Below are positions 1 through 10,632 of a DNA stretch of 32,000 nucleotides, piece by piece. The stretch comes from Isorropodon fossajaponicum endosymbiont JTNG4 (GTDB taxonomy: Bacteria; Pseudomonadota; Gammaproteobacteria; PS1; Pseudothioglobaceae), in the NCBI RefSeq assembly GCF_016592615.1, contig NZ_AP013043.1, positions 360,001 through 392,000 of the forward strand, written 5' to 3'. The notes beneath the pieces were generated by a model. That model ran no database searches. It saw nothing but the letters and a program-made list of their open reading frames with translations, and was not told where the DNA came from. Position numbers and translations under genes: made by a program. Positions within the stretch are counted from its first letter, which is position 1. Each line of letters starts with the position of its first letter.

Positions 1-500
1 TGGAGAAGGTTGGTAAGCCTAAAGGCTTAATTCGTTATACCTCCTTAGCTGAAATGAAATTTAACAAACCAGTTAAAGCACTTTATAAACGCCCAAGGGT
101 TATTATTTATGCATCAATATTATTATCAGCATTATCAGTATTGACTTATGGTATTTTAAATCTTGCGCAAATGGATTTAAAAGTATTGCACGACAGGCAG
201 CCACTATTTGTACAGCTTTCTGATGGCTCAATTCGCAATAAATACGAACTAAAAGTCATGAATAAGACAGATAAAGTCATGCCAATTAGTATTAGTTTTA
301 GCAGTAAAATAGGAAACCTAAAATCTAAAAAAGCGTTCAAAGTAGTGATGATTCCAAGTGGTAATGTTAAATCTATTTATGTTTATTTAAGCGCCTTTGA
401 AAGTGATGTAGGCGCTGATAACGATGTTATATTTGTGGTTAAAAGCGAACAAGCCACTTTAGAATATAAGACTTCATTTTTCACACCTAAGAGTATGTAA
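1..500 (+). CDS. ccoG: cbb3 oxidase maturation protein CcoG/FixG, C-terminal part (5' end lies outside the window)
   Basis: The frame is open from base 3 (EKVGKPKGLIRYTSLAEMKF...), so the listed 54..500 ORF is only the tail. It has the GLIRYTS motif, one TM helix (VIIYASILLSALSVLTYGIL), then a beta-rich domain as in CcoG C-termini. A TAATG stop/start overlap links it to the next gene. Confidence 0.75.
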   Translation, partial: EKVGKPKGLIRYTSLAEMKFNKPVKALYKRPRVIIYASILLSALSVLTYGILNLAQMDLKVLHDRQPLFVQLSDGSIRNKYELKVMNKTDKVMPISISFSSKIGNLKSKKAFKVVMIPSGNVKSIYVYLSAFESDVGADNDVIFVVKSEQATLEYKTSFFTPKSM

Positions 501-979
501 TGAGTATTCACAAAAGCCCAATTATGATGGCCATGCTAGTGTTGTTTATCACTTTAGTGGGTGCGACTGTCTATCGAATTATTACCGCACTTGAAACCCA
601 TCCAGGGTTAGTGGTTGAAGATGCATATTCGAGTGGCAAACGCTACGCAGAAACATTGAACCATAAGAAGCAATTAGCACGGCTTGGCTGGACATTAAAC
701 CTTACTATTCCTAAGGTTGTGACTCATAATATTAAACAAACCTATATGGCTAATAGTGCACAGAACGGCAAGACCCTAGCAAATGCTTTGGTTACAGCAT
801 ATTTTTATCGTCCTTTAGAAAAAGCACATGATTTTTCTATCAATATGGCATTTCACCAAGAAATAAATCAATATCAAGCACAAGTAACATTACCCTTAAA
901 AGGGCGTTGGGATGTGGTGGTCGAAGTGGTTAAAGGGGAATTTTTACAAAGAACTTCTAGAAAGCTATTTGCTCAATAG
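500..979 (+). CDS. ccoH: FixH/CcoH family protein
   Basis: 159 aa with an N-terminal TM helix (IMMAMLVLFITLVGATVY) followed by a periplasmic domain (LGWTLNL..., GRWDVVVEV). It sits directly after ccoG with a TAATG overlap, the canonical ccoGH order. Confidence 0.7.
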   Translation: MSIHKSPIMMAMLVLFITLVGATVYRIITALETHPGLVVEDAYSSGKRYAETLNHKKQLARLGWTLNLTIPKVVTHNIKQTYMANSAQNGKTLANALVTAYFYRPLEKAHDFSINMAFHQEINQYQAQVTLPLKGRWDVVVEVVKGEFLQRTSRKLFAQ

Positions 980-1190
980 TTATTAGTTTCTTATAAAAGC
1001 CATTACAGGGCCAATAATATAACAAGAAATACGATTTTATTGTTAGTCATTATTTGGTAATTACTGACCCTGTGCCAGCAAGACCAACAGCTGAGATTAA
1101 GATAGAATGTGTGTTTTTATTATTCTTAAGTAAATTCATTAGTTTTTATTATTCGCCTTGTTAAGGAAAGAATTATTTTATATTTTATAT

Positions 1191-1214
1191 AAAAACTCTA
1201 TATATAGAGTTTTT
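1191..1214. repeat. 24-nt perfect palindrome AAAAACTCTATATATAGAGTTTTT
   Basis: Read directly: arm 1191-1200 aaaaactcta is the reverse complement of 1205-1214 tagagttttt, with centre tata. It lies about 50 nt upstream of the XRE ORF, so it is a candidate operator. Confidence 0.6.
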
Positions 1215-1223
1215 TAAAATTAA

Positions 1224-1273
1224 TTTAGCATATTCTTTTAAAACTTTCTTAAGTTTTAAAAGAATATGCTAAA
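1224..1273. promoter_or_regulatory. perfect 21-bp-arm inverted repeat (8-nt loop) enclosing the ATG of the XRE ORF
   Basis: 1224-1244 tttagcatattcttttaaaac is the exact reverse complement of 1253-1273 gttttaaaagaatatgctaaa, with loop tttcttaa. The annotated ATG (1266-1268) lies inside the right arm. Confidence 0.6.
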
Positions 1274-1511
1274 TGTCGAATTCAAGTCAGATGAAGTTTC
1301 AGATTTTCATTTGAAAATCTCTCAAAATATAAAACGAATTAGAAAGCAAGCAGGCATTACGCAATTAAATCTTGCTGTTGGAATAGGTATCAATTCATCA
1401 GGTTCTTATTCAGATTATGAGAACAATAAGAATAGTAAAAAATTTAATTTAAACTATTTGTATAAAATTGCAAAAGTTCTGGAAGTTGATGTTTGTGAAT
1501 TTTTTATTTAA
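1266..1511 (+). CDS. XRE-family helix-turn-helix transcriptional regulator (orphan)
   Basis: ISQNIKRIRKQAGITQLNLAVGIGI...YLYKIAKVLEVDVCEFF matches the HTH_3/Cro-C1 pattern (IK.LR...G.TQ..LA...G......I E.G......L..IAK.L.V....F). The start is uncertain; an in-frame TTG at HLKIS is possible. Confidence 0.65.
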   Translation: MLNVEFKSDEVSDFHLKISQNIKRIRKQAGITQLNLAVGIGINSSGSYSDYENNKNSKKFNLNYLYKIAKVLEVDVCEFFI

Positions 1512-1520
1512 GAGTTTATG

Positions 1521-2240
1521 TTAATGTTTGTGTTCATGATTATGATGATGCTCATAAGTGGCCATAAGTTCATCCATTTGGTCGGCAAATAAATCATTAA
1601 ATTGAGCATCTTTTAAAATGGCTTCTGGTTGTCCCATGCAGCAAATATGGTGGTATAGGCATAAGACTTGGGTTGATTCTTTCATGACTCTATGCAAGTC
1701 GTGTGATACCATGAGCACGGCACAATTTTGTTGCTTATGAATATCTTGAATGAGTTTATATAAACTCATTTGGCCATTCACATCAAGGTTTTGGGCAGGC
1801 TCATCAAGGATTAAGACATTGGGTTTTGCAAGTAAGGCGCGGGCTAACAATACACGTTGCATTTCACCACCAGATAAATTTTTTAGTGATAAATGCAGCA
1901 ATGTTTCAATGCCTGTGAGTGTGGCAGTATCTATTAAAAACTGGGCATTAATTTTTTGGTTGAGTTTTAGAAAATCAATGACTGAAATGGGGATAAACTC
2001 ATTAGGGATAAATTTTTGTGGTGTATAGCCTAGCCTAATATGCTTAGATTTTTTAATCTTACCATTGTCAGGGGTAGTAAGCCCAAGTAGGATTTTAATT
2101 AACGAACTCTTTCCAGCACCATTTGGACCAATTAAGGTAATGAATTCGCCTGTTTTTAATTCAAAACTAACGTCATCAAGTACCTTCTTGCCATGATGGC
2201 TAAGGCTAATATGATTTACACTAATAAGGGCTTCTGACAT
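1521..2240 (-). CDS. znuC: zinc ABC transporter ATP-binding protein ZnuC
   Basis: Walker A is LIGPNGAGKSSL, the signature is LSGGEMQRVLLARALL, and Walker B is VLILDEP. These are close to E. coli ZnuC motifs recalled from memory. The tail is His-rich (YEHHHNHEHKH). Confidence 0.8.
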   Translation of the reverse strand: MSEALISVNHISLSHHGKKVLDDVSFELKTGEFITLIGPNGAGKSSLIKILLGLTTPDNGKIKKSKHIRLGYTPQKFIPNEFIPISVIDFLKLNQKINAQFLIDTATLTGIETLLHLSLKNLSGGEMQRVLLARALLAKPNVLILDEPAQNLDVNGQMSLYKLIQDIHKQQNCAVLMVSHDLHRVMKESTQVLCLYHHICCMGQPEAILKDAQFNDLFADQMDELMATYEHHHNHEHKH

Positions 2241-2326
2241 GGGTTAACAATGATGAATGACTAGTTTGTATTTTATACGTACAATTTATATATCTTGGCT
2301 TATCTTAAATTGGTAAAATCTAGTCC

Positions 2327-5056
2327 ATGCCACATAAACTAATTTTAATGGATGGCTCGGCTTTTTTGTTCCGAGCTTATTTTTCTACACTAAAGCAAAA
2401 CTTAACCAATCAAGACGGCTTCCCAACAGGTGCTATGTTTGGTGTTATTAATGCCATTAAACGCCTTCAAAAGCAGTATCCAGAGGCTAAGATAATCACC
2501 ATATTTGATGCCAAGGGTAAAAATTTCAGACATGATATTTACCCGCAATACAAAGCACATAGAAAGCCAGCTGATAGCGAATTGATGATGCAAATTGCGC
2601 CTTTGTATGAGATTATTAAAGCCATGGGGTTTCATTTTATGTGTGTGCCTGATGTTGAGGCGGATGATGTGATTGCCACCTTGAGTTGTTGTGCCAACCA
2701 AAACAATATTAAGACCATTATTGCTAGTGGCGATAAAGATTTAATGCAATTAGTGGGCGCTAATATTTCTCAATTAGACATGAAAGGCACTGTGTATGAT
2801 CGCCAAGGTGTGATTGAAAAAATGGGCGTTGCACCGGAGAAAATTTTAGACCTTTTAGCCCTAACTGGCGATAGTACAGATAACATTCCTGGCGTGCCTA
2901 GCGTTGGCCCTAAAACAGCCATTAAATGGTTGCAAACTTATAGTGACATTGCAGGTGTTAAGGAAAATGCCGCACAAATTAAGGGTAAAGTGGGCGAAAA
3001 GTTACGTGATAATTTTGATTTGTTGGATTTGTCCCATCGATTAGTTAAGCTTAAATTTGATGTTGCCTTGCCTTGTAATATTTTGGATGACGAATCAGGG
3101 CAGGATATTGCCAAACTGGCCGATTTGTATCAGCAGTACGGCTTTTCGATGTGGTTAAAGCAGCTAGGCAATGTGTCTATGCTAGACCAAGAAGGCGCCC
3201 AAGCTATTGAAGTGGCTGAAAGTACTAGCAATACGGTTGATGTTCTTGAGGATTATTCACAAACATTAGTACTAGATTTGGATGGATTTAATACAATGGT
3301 TAGTCGGCTTAAAACCTCAAAGAGGTTTGTATTTGATTTAGAAACCACGTCGCTAGATTATATGAATGCCACCATTGTTGGCTGGGTATTTTTAGTTGAT
3401 AAGGGTAGTTTTTATGTGCCTGTTGGTCATGATTATTTAGATGCACCAAAGCAGTTGGATTTTAAGGCTGTGCTTAATCAACTAAAGCCAATTTTAGAGG
3501 ATGTGTCTATTGGAAAAGTCGGGCAAAATCTAAAATATGATGCACACATCTTAGCCAATTACCAAATTGATTTGCAAGGCATTAGTGATGACACCATGGT
3601 GAAATCTTATTGTTTAAATTCAGTTGCCACAAGACATAATATGGATGATTTGAGTGAATATTACTTGAACCATCAAACCATCCATTTTGCTGATGTTGTA
3701 GGCAAAGGTAAAAAACAAATTACTTTTAATCAAGTAGATTTAGAAACTGCCTTTCCTTGTGCTTGTGAAGACGTAATAGTGACGGATTTGTTAAATCGCG
3801 TGCTAGATGAGGAAATTGCCCAATATCCTAAATTGGTTAAGTTGTATCAAAACCTAGAATTACCATTGATTAAAGTCTTGTTGCACATGGAGCGTAATGG
3901 TGTTGAATTAGACGTGAACGCACTAAGCGCCCAGCAAATAGACATTATTCAACAAATGAAGGATATTCAGGCTCAGGCATTTGAGTTGGTAGGTGGCGTG
4001 TTTAATCTTGAGTCGCCTAAGCAAATTCAACAAATTTTATTTGAGCCCGAAGGTTTAGGGCTAACCCCTTTGAAAAAAACCCCCAAAGGTGCACCTTCTA
4101 CGAATGAAGAGGCATTAAAGCTTTTAGACCATCCATTGGTTGATTTAATATTAGGCTATCGCACATTAACCAAGCTTAATTCCACGTATCTTGAAGCACT
4201 ACCCAAGCAAATTGATTTAAACACACACAGGCTTCACACTTCTTATCATCAAGCAGTAACTGCCACAGGTCGGCTATCATCAAGCAATCCAAATTTGCAG
4301 AATATTCCTATTCGTTCCGAGCAAGGTGCGCGTATTCGTGGTGCGTTTATTGCCGGCAAAGATAACGTTATTATTGCCGCTGATTACTCGCAAATTGAAC
4401 TGCGAATTATGGCGCAATTATCCCAAGATAAAAGTCTATTAGACGCTTTTAATCATGATAAAGACGTGCATAGTACAACAGCATCAACCATGTTTAATGT
4501 GCCAATTGATGAGGTGACAAAAGAACATCGTAGGCGCGCCAAGGCAATTAATTTTGGCTTAATTTATGGTATGAGTGCCTTTGGTTTGTCAAAACAAATT
4601 GATGTTTCTAGGACTGAGGCAAAACAATATATTGATGCTTATTTTGATAATTATCCTAGTGTGCTACATTACATGGACAACACCAAAGAAAGCGCAAAGG
4701 TACAAGGTTATGTTGAGACTGTCATGGGCAGACGTTTGTATTTGCCACAAATTAATGCCAAAAATAAAATGCACCAACAACACGCACTTAGAACCGCTAT
4801 TAATGCACCTATGCAAGGCTCTTCAGCAGATATCATTAAAAAAGCCATGCTTGATGTTCACGCATGGATTGGGCAAAACAATCCAGATATTAAAATGATT
4901 ATGCAAGTGCACGATGAGTTGGTATTTGAAGTGAGCGTATCAAAAGCTGATGAATTCGCCCATAAAATACAAGACTTAATGGCCAATGCCTATTTATTGG
5001 ATATTCCTCTTAAAGTAGATGTGGGGATTGGTGGTTCTTGGCAACAAGCACATTAA
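2327..5056 (+). CDS. polA: DNA polymerase I
   Basis: 909 aa. It has the 5'-3' exonuclease N-terminus (LILMDGSAFLFRAYF), a 3'-5' exonuclease block (FVFDLETTSLD) and polymerase motifs (DYSQIELRIMA, RRRAKAINFGLIYGMS, QVHDELVFE). Confidence 0.97.
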   Translation: MPHKLILMDGSAFLFRAYFSTLKQNLTNQDGFPTGAMFGVINAIKRLQKQYPEAKIITIFDAKGKNFRHDIYPQYKAHRKPADSELMMQIAPLYEIIKAMGFHFMCVPDVEADDVIATLSCCANQNNIKTIIASGDKDLMQLVGANISQLDMKGTVYDRQGVIEKMGVAPEKILDLLALTGDSTDNIPGVPSVGPKTAIKWLQTYSDIAGVKENAAQIKGKVGEKLRDNFDLLDLSHRLVKLKFDVALPCNILDDESGQDIAKLADLYQQYGFSMWLKQLGNVSMLDQEGAQAIEVAESTSNTVDVLEDYSQTLVLDLDGFNTMVSRLKTSKRFVFDLETTSLDYMNATIVGWVFLVDKGSFYVPVGHDYLDAPKQLDFKAVLNQLKPILEDVSIGKVGQNLKYDAHILANYQIDLQGISDDTMVKSYCLNSVATRHNMDDLSEYYLNHQTIHFADVVGKGKKQITFNQVDLETAFPCACEDVIVTDLLNRVLDEEIAQYPKLVKLYQNLELPLIKVLLHMERNGVELDVNALSAQQIDIIQQMKDIQAQAFELVGGVFNLESPKQIQQILFEPEGLGLTPLKKTPKGAPSTNEEALKLLDHPLVDLILGYRTLTKLNSTYLEALPKQIDLNTHRLHTSYHQAVTATGRLSSSNPNLQNIPIRSEQGARIRGAFIAGKDNVIIAADYSQIELRIMAQLSQDKSLLDAFNHDKDVHSTTASTMFNVPIDEVTKEHRRRAKAINFGLIYGMSAFGLSKQIDVSRTEAKQYIDAYFDNYPSVLHYMDNTKESAKVQGYVETVMGRRLYLPQINAKNKMHQQHALRTAINAPMQGSSADIIKKAMLDVHAWIGQNNPDIKMIMQVHDELVFEVSVSKADEFAHKIQDLMANAYLLDIPLKVDVGIGGSWQQAH

Positions 5057-5062
5057 ATTATT

Positions 5063-6763
5063 ATGAAAGAACAATTACAAAAAATATTAAAGCAAGCCCT
5101 AAACTCATTAGTGAATGAGGGTGTGCTTGAGGGTGTGCCTGAGAGTATTCGTATTGACCATTCCAAGGACAAAACTCAAGGCGATTTTGCCTCAAACATT
5201 GCCATGGTTTTGGCAAAGCGAGCAGGGCTGATTCCGAAAGTATTAGCACAAAAAATTATTGACAACTTGGGTGATAACACGCAGATTGATAAAGTACAAA
5301 TTGCAGGCCCCGGGTTTATTAACTTTTTTATTTCCCAAGGTGAAAATACACAAATAATTGAGCGAATTATTAATCAAGCAGAACGCTATGGAAAAGCGGA
5401 CGTAGGCAAAGGTCAGCGCATATTGTTGGAGTTTGTATCTGCCAATCCGACTGGCCCACTTCATGTGGGGCATGGTCGTGGAGCGGCGTATGGGGCGACA
5501 GTTGCTAATCTTTTGCGCGGTGTAGGGTTTGAAGTTGATAATGAATATTATGTGAATGATGCAGGTCGGCAGATGGATATTTTGGCGACTTCGGTTTACT
5601 TGCGTTATGTTGAAACTGAGCAATTCCCAGATAATGGTTACAAGGGCGATTATATCTTTGATATTGCTAAAAAAATTAGTGGTGTAAAAAAGTGTGATAT
5701 TTTCGATGGTGTTTGCAAAGATGAGAAAAATGGTGGTGACAAAGAAAAGCATATTGATAATTTGATTGCTAATTGCAAGTCTCAATTGGGGCATGATTAC
5801 AAAAAAATCTTTGATTTGGCGATTAATAATATTTTGAGTGGCATTAAAATTGATTTGGCTGGGTTTGGTGTTGAATATCAGCAGTGGTTTTCTGAACAGT
5901 CTTTAGTAGATAGTGGCTTGAGTAAAGAAACCGTGAAAAAACTACAGGACTCAGGATACATTTATGAAAAAGAAGGCGCACTTTGGTTTAAAACCACCGA
6001 TTTTGGCGATGATTTAGACCGTGTAGTGGTTCGGGAAAATGGGATGCACACTTATTTTGCCTCCGATATTGCCTATCATCTTGAGAAGTTTGAACGTGGT
6101 TATGACAAAATTATTAACATTTGGGGCGCTGACCACCATGGTTATATTGTCAGGGTTAAAGCCTCGATTGAGGCGCTTAATCACAATTCTGATAAGTTAG
6201 AAATCTTGTTGGTGCAATTTGTTAACCTATATCGAGGTGGTGAAAGAGTTTCCATGTCAACTCGTAGCGGTTCGTTTATTACTTTGGAAGAATTGCGTAA
6301 AGAGGTGGGTAATGATGCGGCACGTTTTTTCTATATTTTGCGCAAATCAGAACAGCACATGGATTTTGACCTAGATTTAGCCAAATCAAAAAGCAATGAG
6401 AATCCAGTATTCTATATTCAATATGCTCATGCACGTATCTGCTCAGTCTTAAAACAAGGCAAGCTTTCTATGGTAGGTATTGATTTGTCGGTATTAAACA
6501 ATGAGTCAGAAGTCTTGTTAATTAAAGAACTTAATCGCTATAAAGACATCTTGCAATCATCTGCACTTAATTATGAACCACACGTATTGGCTTATTACTT
6601 GCGTGAATTGGCTGGCCATTTTCACAGCTATTACAACAATAGCGAGTTTTTAGTGAATGACGAAAAATTGCGAAACTCAAGATTATTGCTTATTACAGCA
6701 GTGAAACAAATATTGGTAAATGGTTTAAATTTATTGGGCGTTAGCGCACCTGATTCAATGTGA
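5063..6763 (+). CDS. argS: arginine--tRNA ligase
   Basis: 566 aa. It carries the class I HIGH motif ([16 protein letters not shown]), an MSTRSG KMSKS-equivalent, and a C-terminal DALR anticodon-binding region. Confidence 0.97.
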   Translation: MKEQLQKILKQALNSLVNEGVLEGVPESIRIDHSKDKTQGDFASNIAMVLAKRAGLIPKVLAQKIIDNLGDNTQIDKVQIAGPGFINFFISQGENTQIIERIINQAERYGKADVGKGQRILLEFVSANPTGPLHVGHGRGAAYGATVANLLRGVGFEVDNEYYVNDAGRQMDILATSVYLRYVETEQFPDNGYKGDYIFDIAKKISGVKKCDIFDGVCKDEKNGGDKEKHIDNLIANCKSQLGHDYKKIFDLAINNILSGIKIDLAGFGVEYQQWFSEQSLVDSGLSKETVKKLQDSGYIYEKEGALWFKTTDFGDDLDRVVVRENGMHTYFASDIAYHLEKFERGYDKIINIWGADHHGYIVRVKASIEALNHNSDKLEILLVQFVNLYRGGERVSMSTRSGSFITLEELRKEVGNDAARFFYILRKSEQHMDFDLDLAKSKSNENPVFYIQYAHARICSVLKQGKLSMVGIDLSVLNNESEVLLIKELNRYKDILQSSALNYEPHVLAYYLRELAGHFHSYYNNSEFLVNDEKLRNSRLLLITAVKQILVNGLNLLGVSAPDSM

Positions 6764-9700
6764 ATGACCAAACGCAAAGGCGACAAGCATTAGATGTTAG
6801 TCAATCTTTTATTGTTCAAGCACCTGCAGGCTCGGGGAAGACAGAGTTATTAACGCAGCGTTATTTGAAATCGTTATCAGTGAGTGCTTCGCCTGAGAGT
6901 GTGATTGCAATGACCTTTACTAAAAAGGCGGTGAGTGAGTTGACCACTCGGGTGATTGAGTCTTTAAAATTAGCCCAAGGCAATCGACCAAAAGAGTTAC
7001 ATAAGCAAATTACTTATGATTTGGCTCTTAAAGTATTAGAAAAATCCAAGACATTTGATTGGCAATTATTAAACATGCCTGAGCGGTTTAAAATCTCAAC
7101 GATTGATGGTCTGTCAAGTTTGATTACCAGTCGTTATCCAAGTAAGAATCAACTAATACCCAAGCAAATCATAGCTCAAAATTGGGCAAGAAATGATATT
7201 TATCTTCAAGCTGCCAAGCAAACATTATTGGCAATTGATGAGTCTGAATATCAAAATAGCATTGAGTCAGTGCTGCTATATTTGGATAATAATGTTAATA
7301 AGTTTTATCGTTTGATTACGGACATGTTGGCTAAGCGTGATCAGTGGCTTTTGAAGTTGTACCAGCATGGTGTGCTTAATATTAAAACCTTACGGTTGAG
7401 TTCTGAAAGGGTGATTACGCAGCACTTACAATTGTTAAAAAATGAGGCTAAGCACCACCTTGATGGTGCTTTTTTTGACTTATTAAAATATAATACTCAA
7501 TCTAAATTTTCGCAAATACAGGCGCTGCCAAATACAAGTATTGAGTGTTTAGATGTATGGGTAAATATAGCAGACCTATTGCTTGATGGTAAAAGCAAAA
7601 AAAACAATAAGTGGCGCAAAAGTGTTAATACAAACAATGGATTTCCAGCTGAAGTAAAGGCACAAAAAGACGAGTTTATTAAATTTTTAAACCATCTTCA
7701 AGGTAAAGATAATTTCAAAGATTTGTTATTTGAGACACTTAATTTACCTGATGTTGATTTTTCAATCAATCAAATTAACGCCCTTCAAGACATTGCACAA
7801 GTATTAAAGTTGGCCGTTGCTCAATTAAATGTTTTGTTTGATGTTAATCAAACGCATGATTTTATCCAAGTTGCCCTAGATGCAGACCATGCGTTAGATG
7901 AACATCAAGTGAGTGATGTTGCACTATTCTTGGACAACAAGGTTCAGCATATTTTGATTGATGAGTTTCAAGACACCTCAGCCACTCAGTTTGTTTTATT
8001 AGAAAAGTTGATTGTTAATTGGCAAGTAGGTGATGGTAAAACGCTGTTTTTAGTGGGCGACCCCATGCAGTCTATTTACTTATTTAGGCAATCTCAGGTG
8101 GGCTTATTTTTACAGGTTCGGACGCAAGGCATTGCCAGTATTAAGCCTGAATTTTTACAACTGAGTACTAATTTTCGCTCCTCTAGATCTGTGGTTGAAG
8201 GTAATAATAAAATATTTTCAAAGGTATTTCCTCAGCAGGAAGATGCCTCTAAGGGTGCAATTAAGTATGAACATTCACAGACCAATTCTATTGACAAAGA
8301 TGGCAATGCCATTAACTTTTATCCATTTGCGCACAAGCGTTATGATTTTGAGGCACAAAAAGTGCTTGAAATTATCCAAAGCAACCCGGCAAAAGAGATT
8401 GCTATTTTGGTTAGAAACCGTTCACACCTAGGTAATATTGTGCCCGTTTTGAAGTGTGCTAATATTCAATTTGAGGCATTAAAAACATCCCCATTAAAGC
8501 AAGATTTATTTACTCGTGATTTGCTTAGTCTGACTCGAGCACTTAAACATCTGGGCGATAAACTTGCCTGGTTAGCTATTTTAAGAGCGCCTTGGTGTGG
8601 ATTGTTGTTAGAAGACTTGCTTGTATTGTCACAACAGACTGAGTGTGTTATTTTTGATTTAATTCAAGATGAACAAGTTTTACAAGGTTTGAGCGAGAAC
8701 GGACAATTGTGCGTGCGAAATTTTGCCCATGTTTTACGTGATATTGTTAATCAACAATCTAGATTTAGTTTCACAAAGGTGCTTGAATTTGCGATTAACC
8801 AGCTAGCACCGCAGAATTCCTTATCTGTTAAGCAGTCTATGATTAAAGCTCAGTTTTTGCAAATTATTCATGATTGTGAGTCTGCGCAACAACTTGATAT
8901 TGAGACCATTAATCAAATGTTAGATGAGTTGTATGCACCTAGTGTAAATGCACGAATTAAGCTAATGACCATCCATGAAGCTAAAGGTTTGGAGTTTGAA
9001 TTGGTTATTATTCCTGGGCTGGGTAGAGCGCCACAAAATAACAAACCACCCATCATTCACCTGCAAGAATTTAGCAATCAGTCGTTATTATTAGCACCAA
9101 TAAGGGCTTATACGCAATTAGATGACAGCCGTACTTATACCTACTTAAGGCATATTGAATCACAACAAAATAAGTTTGAAACCATGCGTTTATTGTACGT
9201 GGCAATGACACGTGCTAAGTTTGAAATTCATTTATTAGGAACGCTAAATCAAAGCAATCAAGCCAGTAGCAATACTTTTTTAAAACTATTGGCACCTATA
9301 TTTCAGCATCAATTTGACAAGCTCAAACTATCAACCACTGAGGATAATCAATCCGTTCAAGCACCAGAGTTGGTGCGTTATATTGAGCCTTTAGAATATG
9401 ATAATTTGCCTGATGAAAGTAAGGAAAAAATGGACTTTCAGCTTAGTGTTGATTTGCAATACAAAAGCTTGCTTGGTACTTTGTTGCATCAATATTATGA
9501 AGACGGGTTGTTTTCACCAGATAAACAAAGTATAAGAGTAAGGCTAATGGAGTGTGGTGTTGGTAACACGGACATTGACAGTCATATCGATTTTATTGTC
9601 AACATGCTTAATTTAACGAAACAAGATAAACACTTTTCTTGGTTGTTTAAGCAAAGAATATCAACCCAAGTTGAGGCAGAATTTATAAGTCACAAGCACA

Positions 9701-9951
9701 GTGTTATTATTGATCGATTATTTATTGATGAAGATACTTTGTGGATTATTGATTTTAAAACTGCAACGAAATCGAATGATGAATCAATCGCACAATTTAT
9801 ACAAAGGCAAAAAACCAAATATACGCAACAATTATTGTCCTATAAAGTGGCTTTATCAGCGTGTTATTCAATGGAAATCAAGTGCGCTTTGTATTGCCCA
9901 GCAGTGCAAGAATTGATTGAAATTGACTCAATGAAATCTTTGCATAAATAA
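6760..9951 (+). CDS. UvrD/Rep-type helicase fused to a C-terminal PD-(D/E)XK nuclease (AddA/RecB-like)
   Basis: Walker A is [16 protein letters not shown]; helicase motifs are [48 protein letters not shown] and [10 protein letters not shown]. The C-terminus has [19 protein letters not shown], resembling a RecB-family nuclease motif. The GTG start overlaps the argS TGA (GTGA). Confidence 0.8.
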   Translation: MNDQTQRRQALDVSQSFIVQAPAGSGKTELLTQRYLKSLSVSASPESVIAMTFTKKAVSELTTRVIESLKLAQGNRPKELHKQITYDLALKVLEKSKTFDWQLLNMPERFKISTIDGLSSLITSRYPSKNQLIPKQIIAQNWARNDIYLQAAKQTLLAIDESEYQNSIESVLLYLDNNVNKFYRLITDMLAKRDQWLLKLYQHGVLNIKTLRLSSERVITQHLQLLKNEAKHHLDGAFFDLLKYNTQSKFSQIQALPNTSIECLDVWVNIADLLLDGKSKKNNKWRKSVNTNNGFPAEVKAQKDEFIKFLNHLQGKDNFKDLLFETLNLPDVDFSINQINALQDIAQVLKLAVAQLNVLFDVNQTHDFIQVALDADHALDEHQVSDVALFLDNKVQHILIDEFQDTSATQFVLLEKLIVNWQVGDGKTLFLVGDPMQSIYLFRQSQVGLFLQVRTQGIASIKPEFLQLSTNFRSSRSVVEGNNKIFSKVFPQQEDASKGAIKYEHSQTNSIDKDGNAINFYPFAHKRYDFEAQKVLEIIQSNPAKEIAILVRNRSHLGNIVPVLKCANIQFEALKTSPLKQDLFTRDLLSLTRALKHLGDKLAWLAILRAPWCGLLLEDLLVLSQQTECVIFDLIQDEQVLQGLSENGQLCVRNFAHVLRDIVNQQSRFSFTKVLEFAINQLAPQNSLSVKQSMIKAQFLQIIHDCESAQQLDIETINQMLDELYAPSVNARIKLMTIHEAKGLEFELVIIPGLGRAPQNNKPPIIHLQEFSNQSLLLAPIRAYTQLDDSRTYTYLRHIESQQNKFETMRLLYVAMTRAKFEIHLLGTLNQSNQASSNTFLKLLAPIFQHQFDKLKLSTTEDNQSVQAPELVRYIEPLEYDNLPDESKEKMDFQLSVDLQYKSLLGTLLHQYYEDGLFSPDKQSIRVRLMECGVGNTDIDSHIDFIVNMLNLTKQDKHFSWLFKQRISTQVEAEFISHKHSVIIDRLFIDEDTLWIIDFKTATKSNDESIAQFIQRQKTKYTQQLLSYKVALSACYSMEIKCALYCPAVQELIEIDSMKSLHK

Positions 9952-9993
9952 GGCAATCATCACCTTTTTAGTACCTTCTTAATTTTTTAGATG

Positions 9994-10632
9994 CTACTCT
10001 GTTGATAAGAAATTCATCTTATGTTTGTCAATTAAATCCAGCGCAAGTGCGCCACCACGAGCGACACAATTTAAAGGCTCTTGTGCAATACGCAAGTTAA
10101 GATTGGCTTGGTCTTTAATGAGTTTATCTAGCCCCTCTAGCAAAGCCCCGCCACCTGTGAGCATAACGCCATTTTTTGCAATATCAGCAGACAATTCTGG
10201 CGGAGTTTTTTCTAATGCGTCTCTGATTGAACTAATAATGGCTTTTAAGGGCTCTTTTAATGCCGATAAAACTTGAGCACTGGTCATTGTAAATTTGACT
10301 GGCAAAAATACATTTCTTGCACCAGCTTCAACAGCGCTTTCTTTAATTGCACGACGCTCGACTTGGGTAGCGCCACAAGGCACACAAATTAAAACATTAG
10401 GACTGGGTGAGAAAATCTTAGCGTCTAATACTTGATGAATAAAATGCTGCAACATTTTCTTGGTAATGGTGAAATCAGCAATCATCTTGGTTTCTGATAA
10501 TCTTTCGTCATCACGAACCGCTACGACTGATGACTCATTTAGAACCAATTTATTATTTAGATAAATAAGTGTATTAACTGTGCCTAAGTCAATTGAAAGA
10601 CTCTTTGGTTTAAATAGTTTGAACATAGGCAT
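9994..10632 (-). pseudogene. mreB: mreB relic with two large internal in-frame deletions
   Basis: 212 aa against about 347 aa for MreB. It keeps SIDLGTVNTLIY, CVPCGATQVERRAIKESA, GVMLTGGGALLEGLDKLI and EPLNCVARGG in order. It lacks the DIGGGTTE phosphate-2 block and roughly 135 residues overall. No mreC or mreD lies downstream. Confidence 0.6.

Noticed and set aside
1050-1139. 29-codon minus-strand ORF (MNLLKNNKNTHSILISAVGLAGTGSVITK) in the ccoH-XRE spacer, considered as a small membrane toxin or peptide.
   Set aside because: It is too short, has no convincing RBS and matches no family I recognise. It would need conservation or Ribo-seq support.
2241-2326. I looked for a Zur box in the znuC-polA divergent spacer.
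   Set aside because: I found no palindrome resembling the gammaproteobacterial Zur consensus. Only a short TACGTA is present.
5243-5794. 183-aa minus-strand ORF inside argS. Similar antisense or alternate-frame ORFs occur at 146..340, 1750..2028, 2402..2701, 4575..4898, 8195..8431, 9701..9916, 10025..10276, 11061..11351, 12204..12413, 13790..13972, 14595..14810, 15534..15719, 15892..16080, 18475..18666, 19426..19623 and 20599..20823.
   Set aside because: Each lies wholly within a strongly supported gene on the other strand or in another frame. None has recognisable motifs, and their composition is typical of shadow ORFs.
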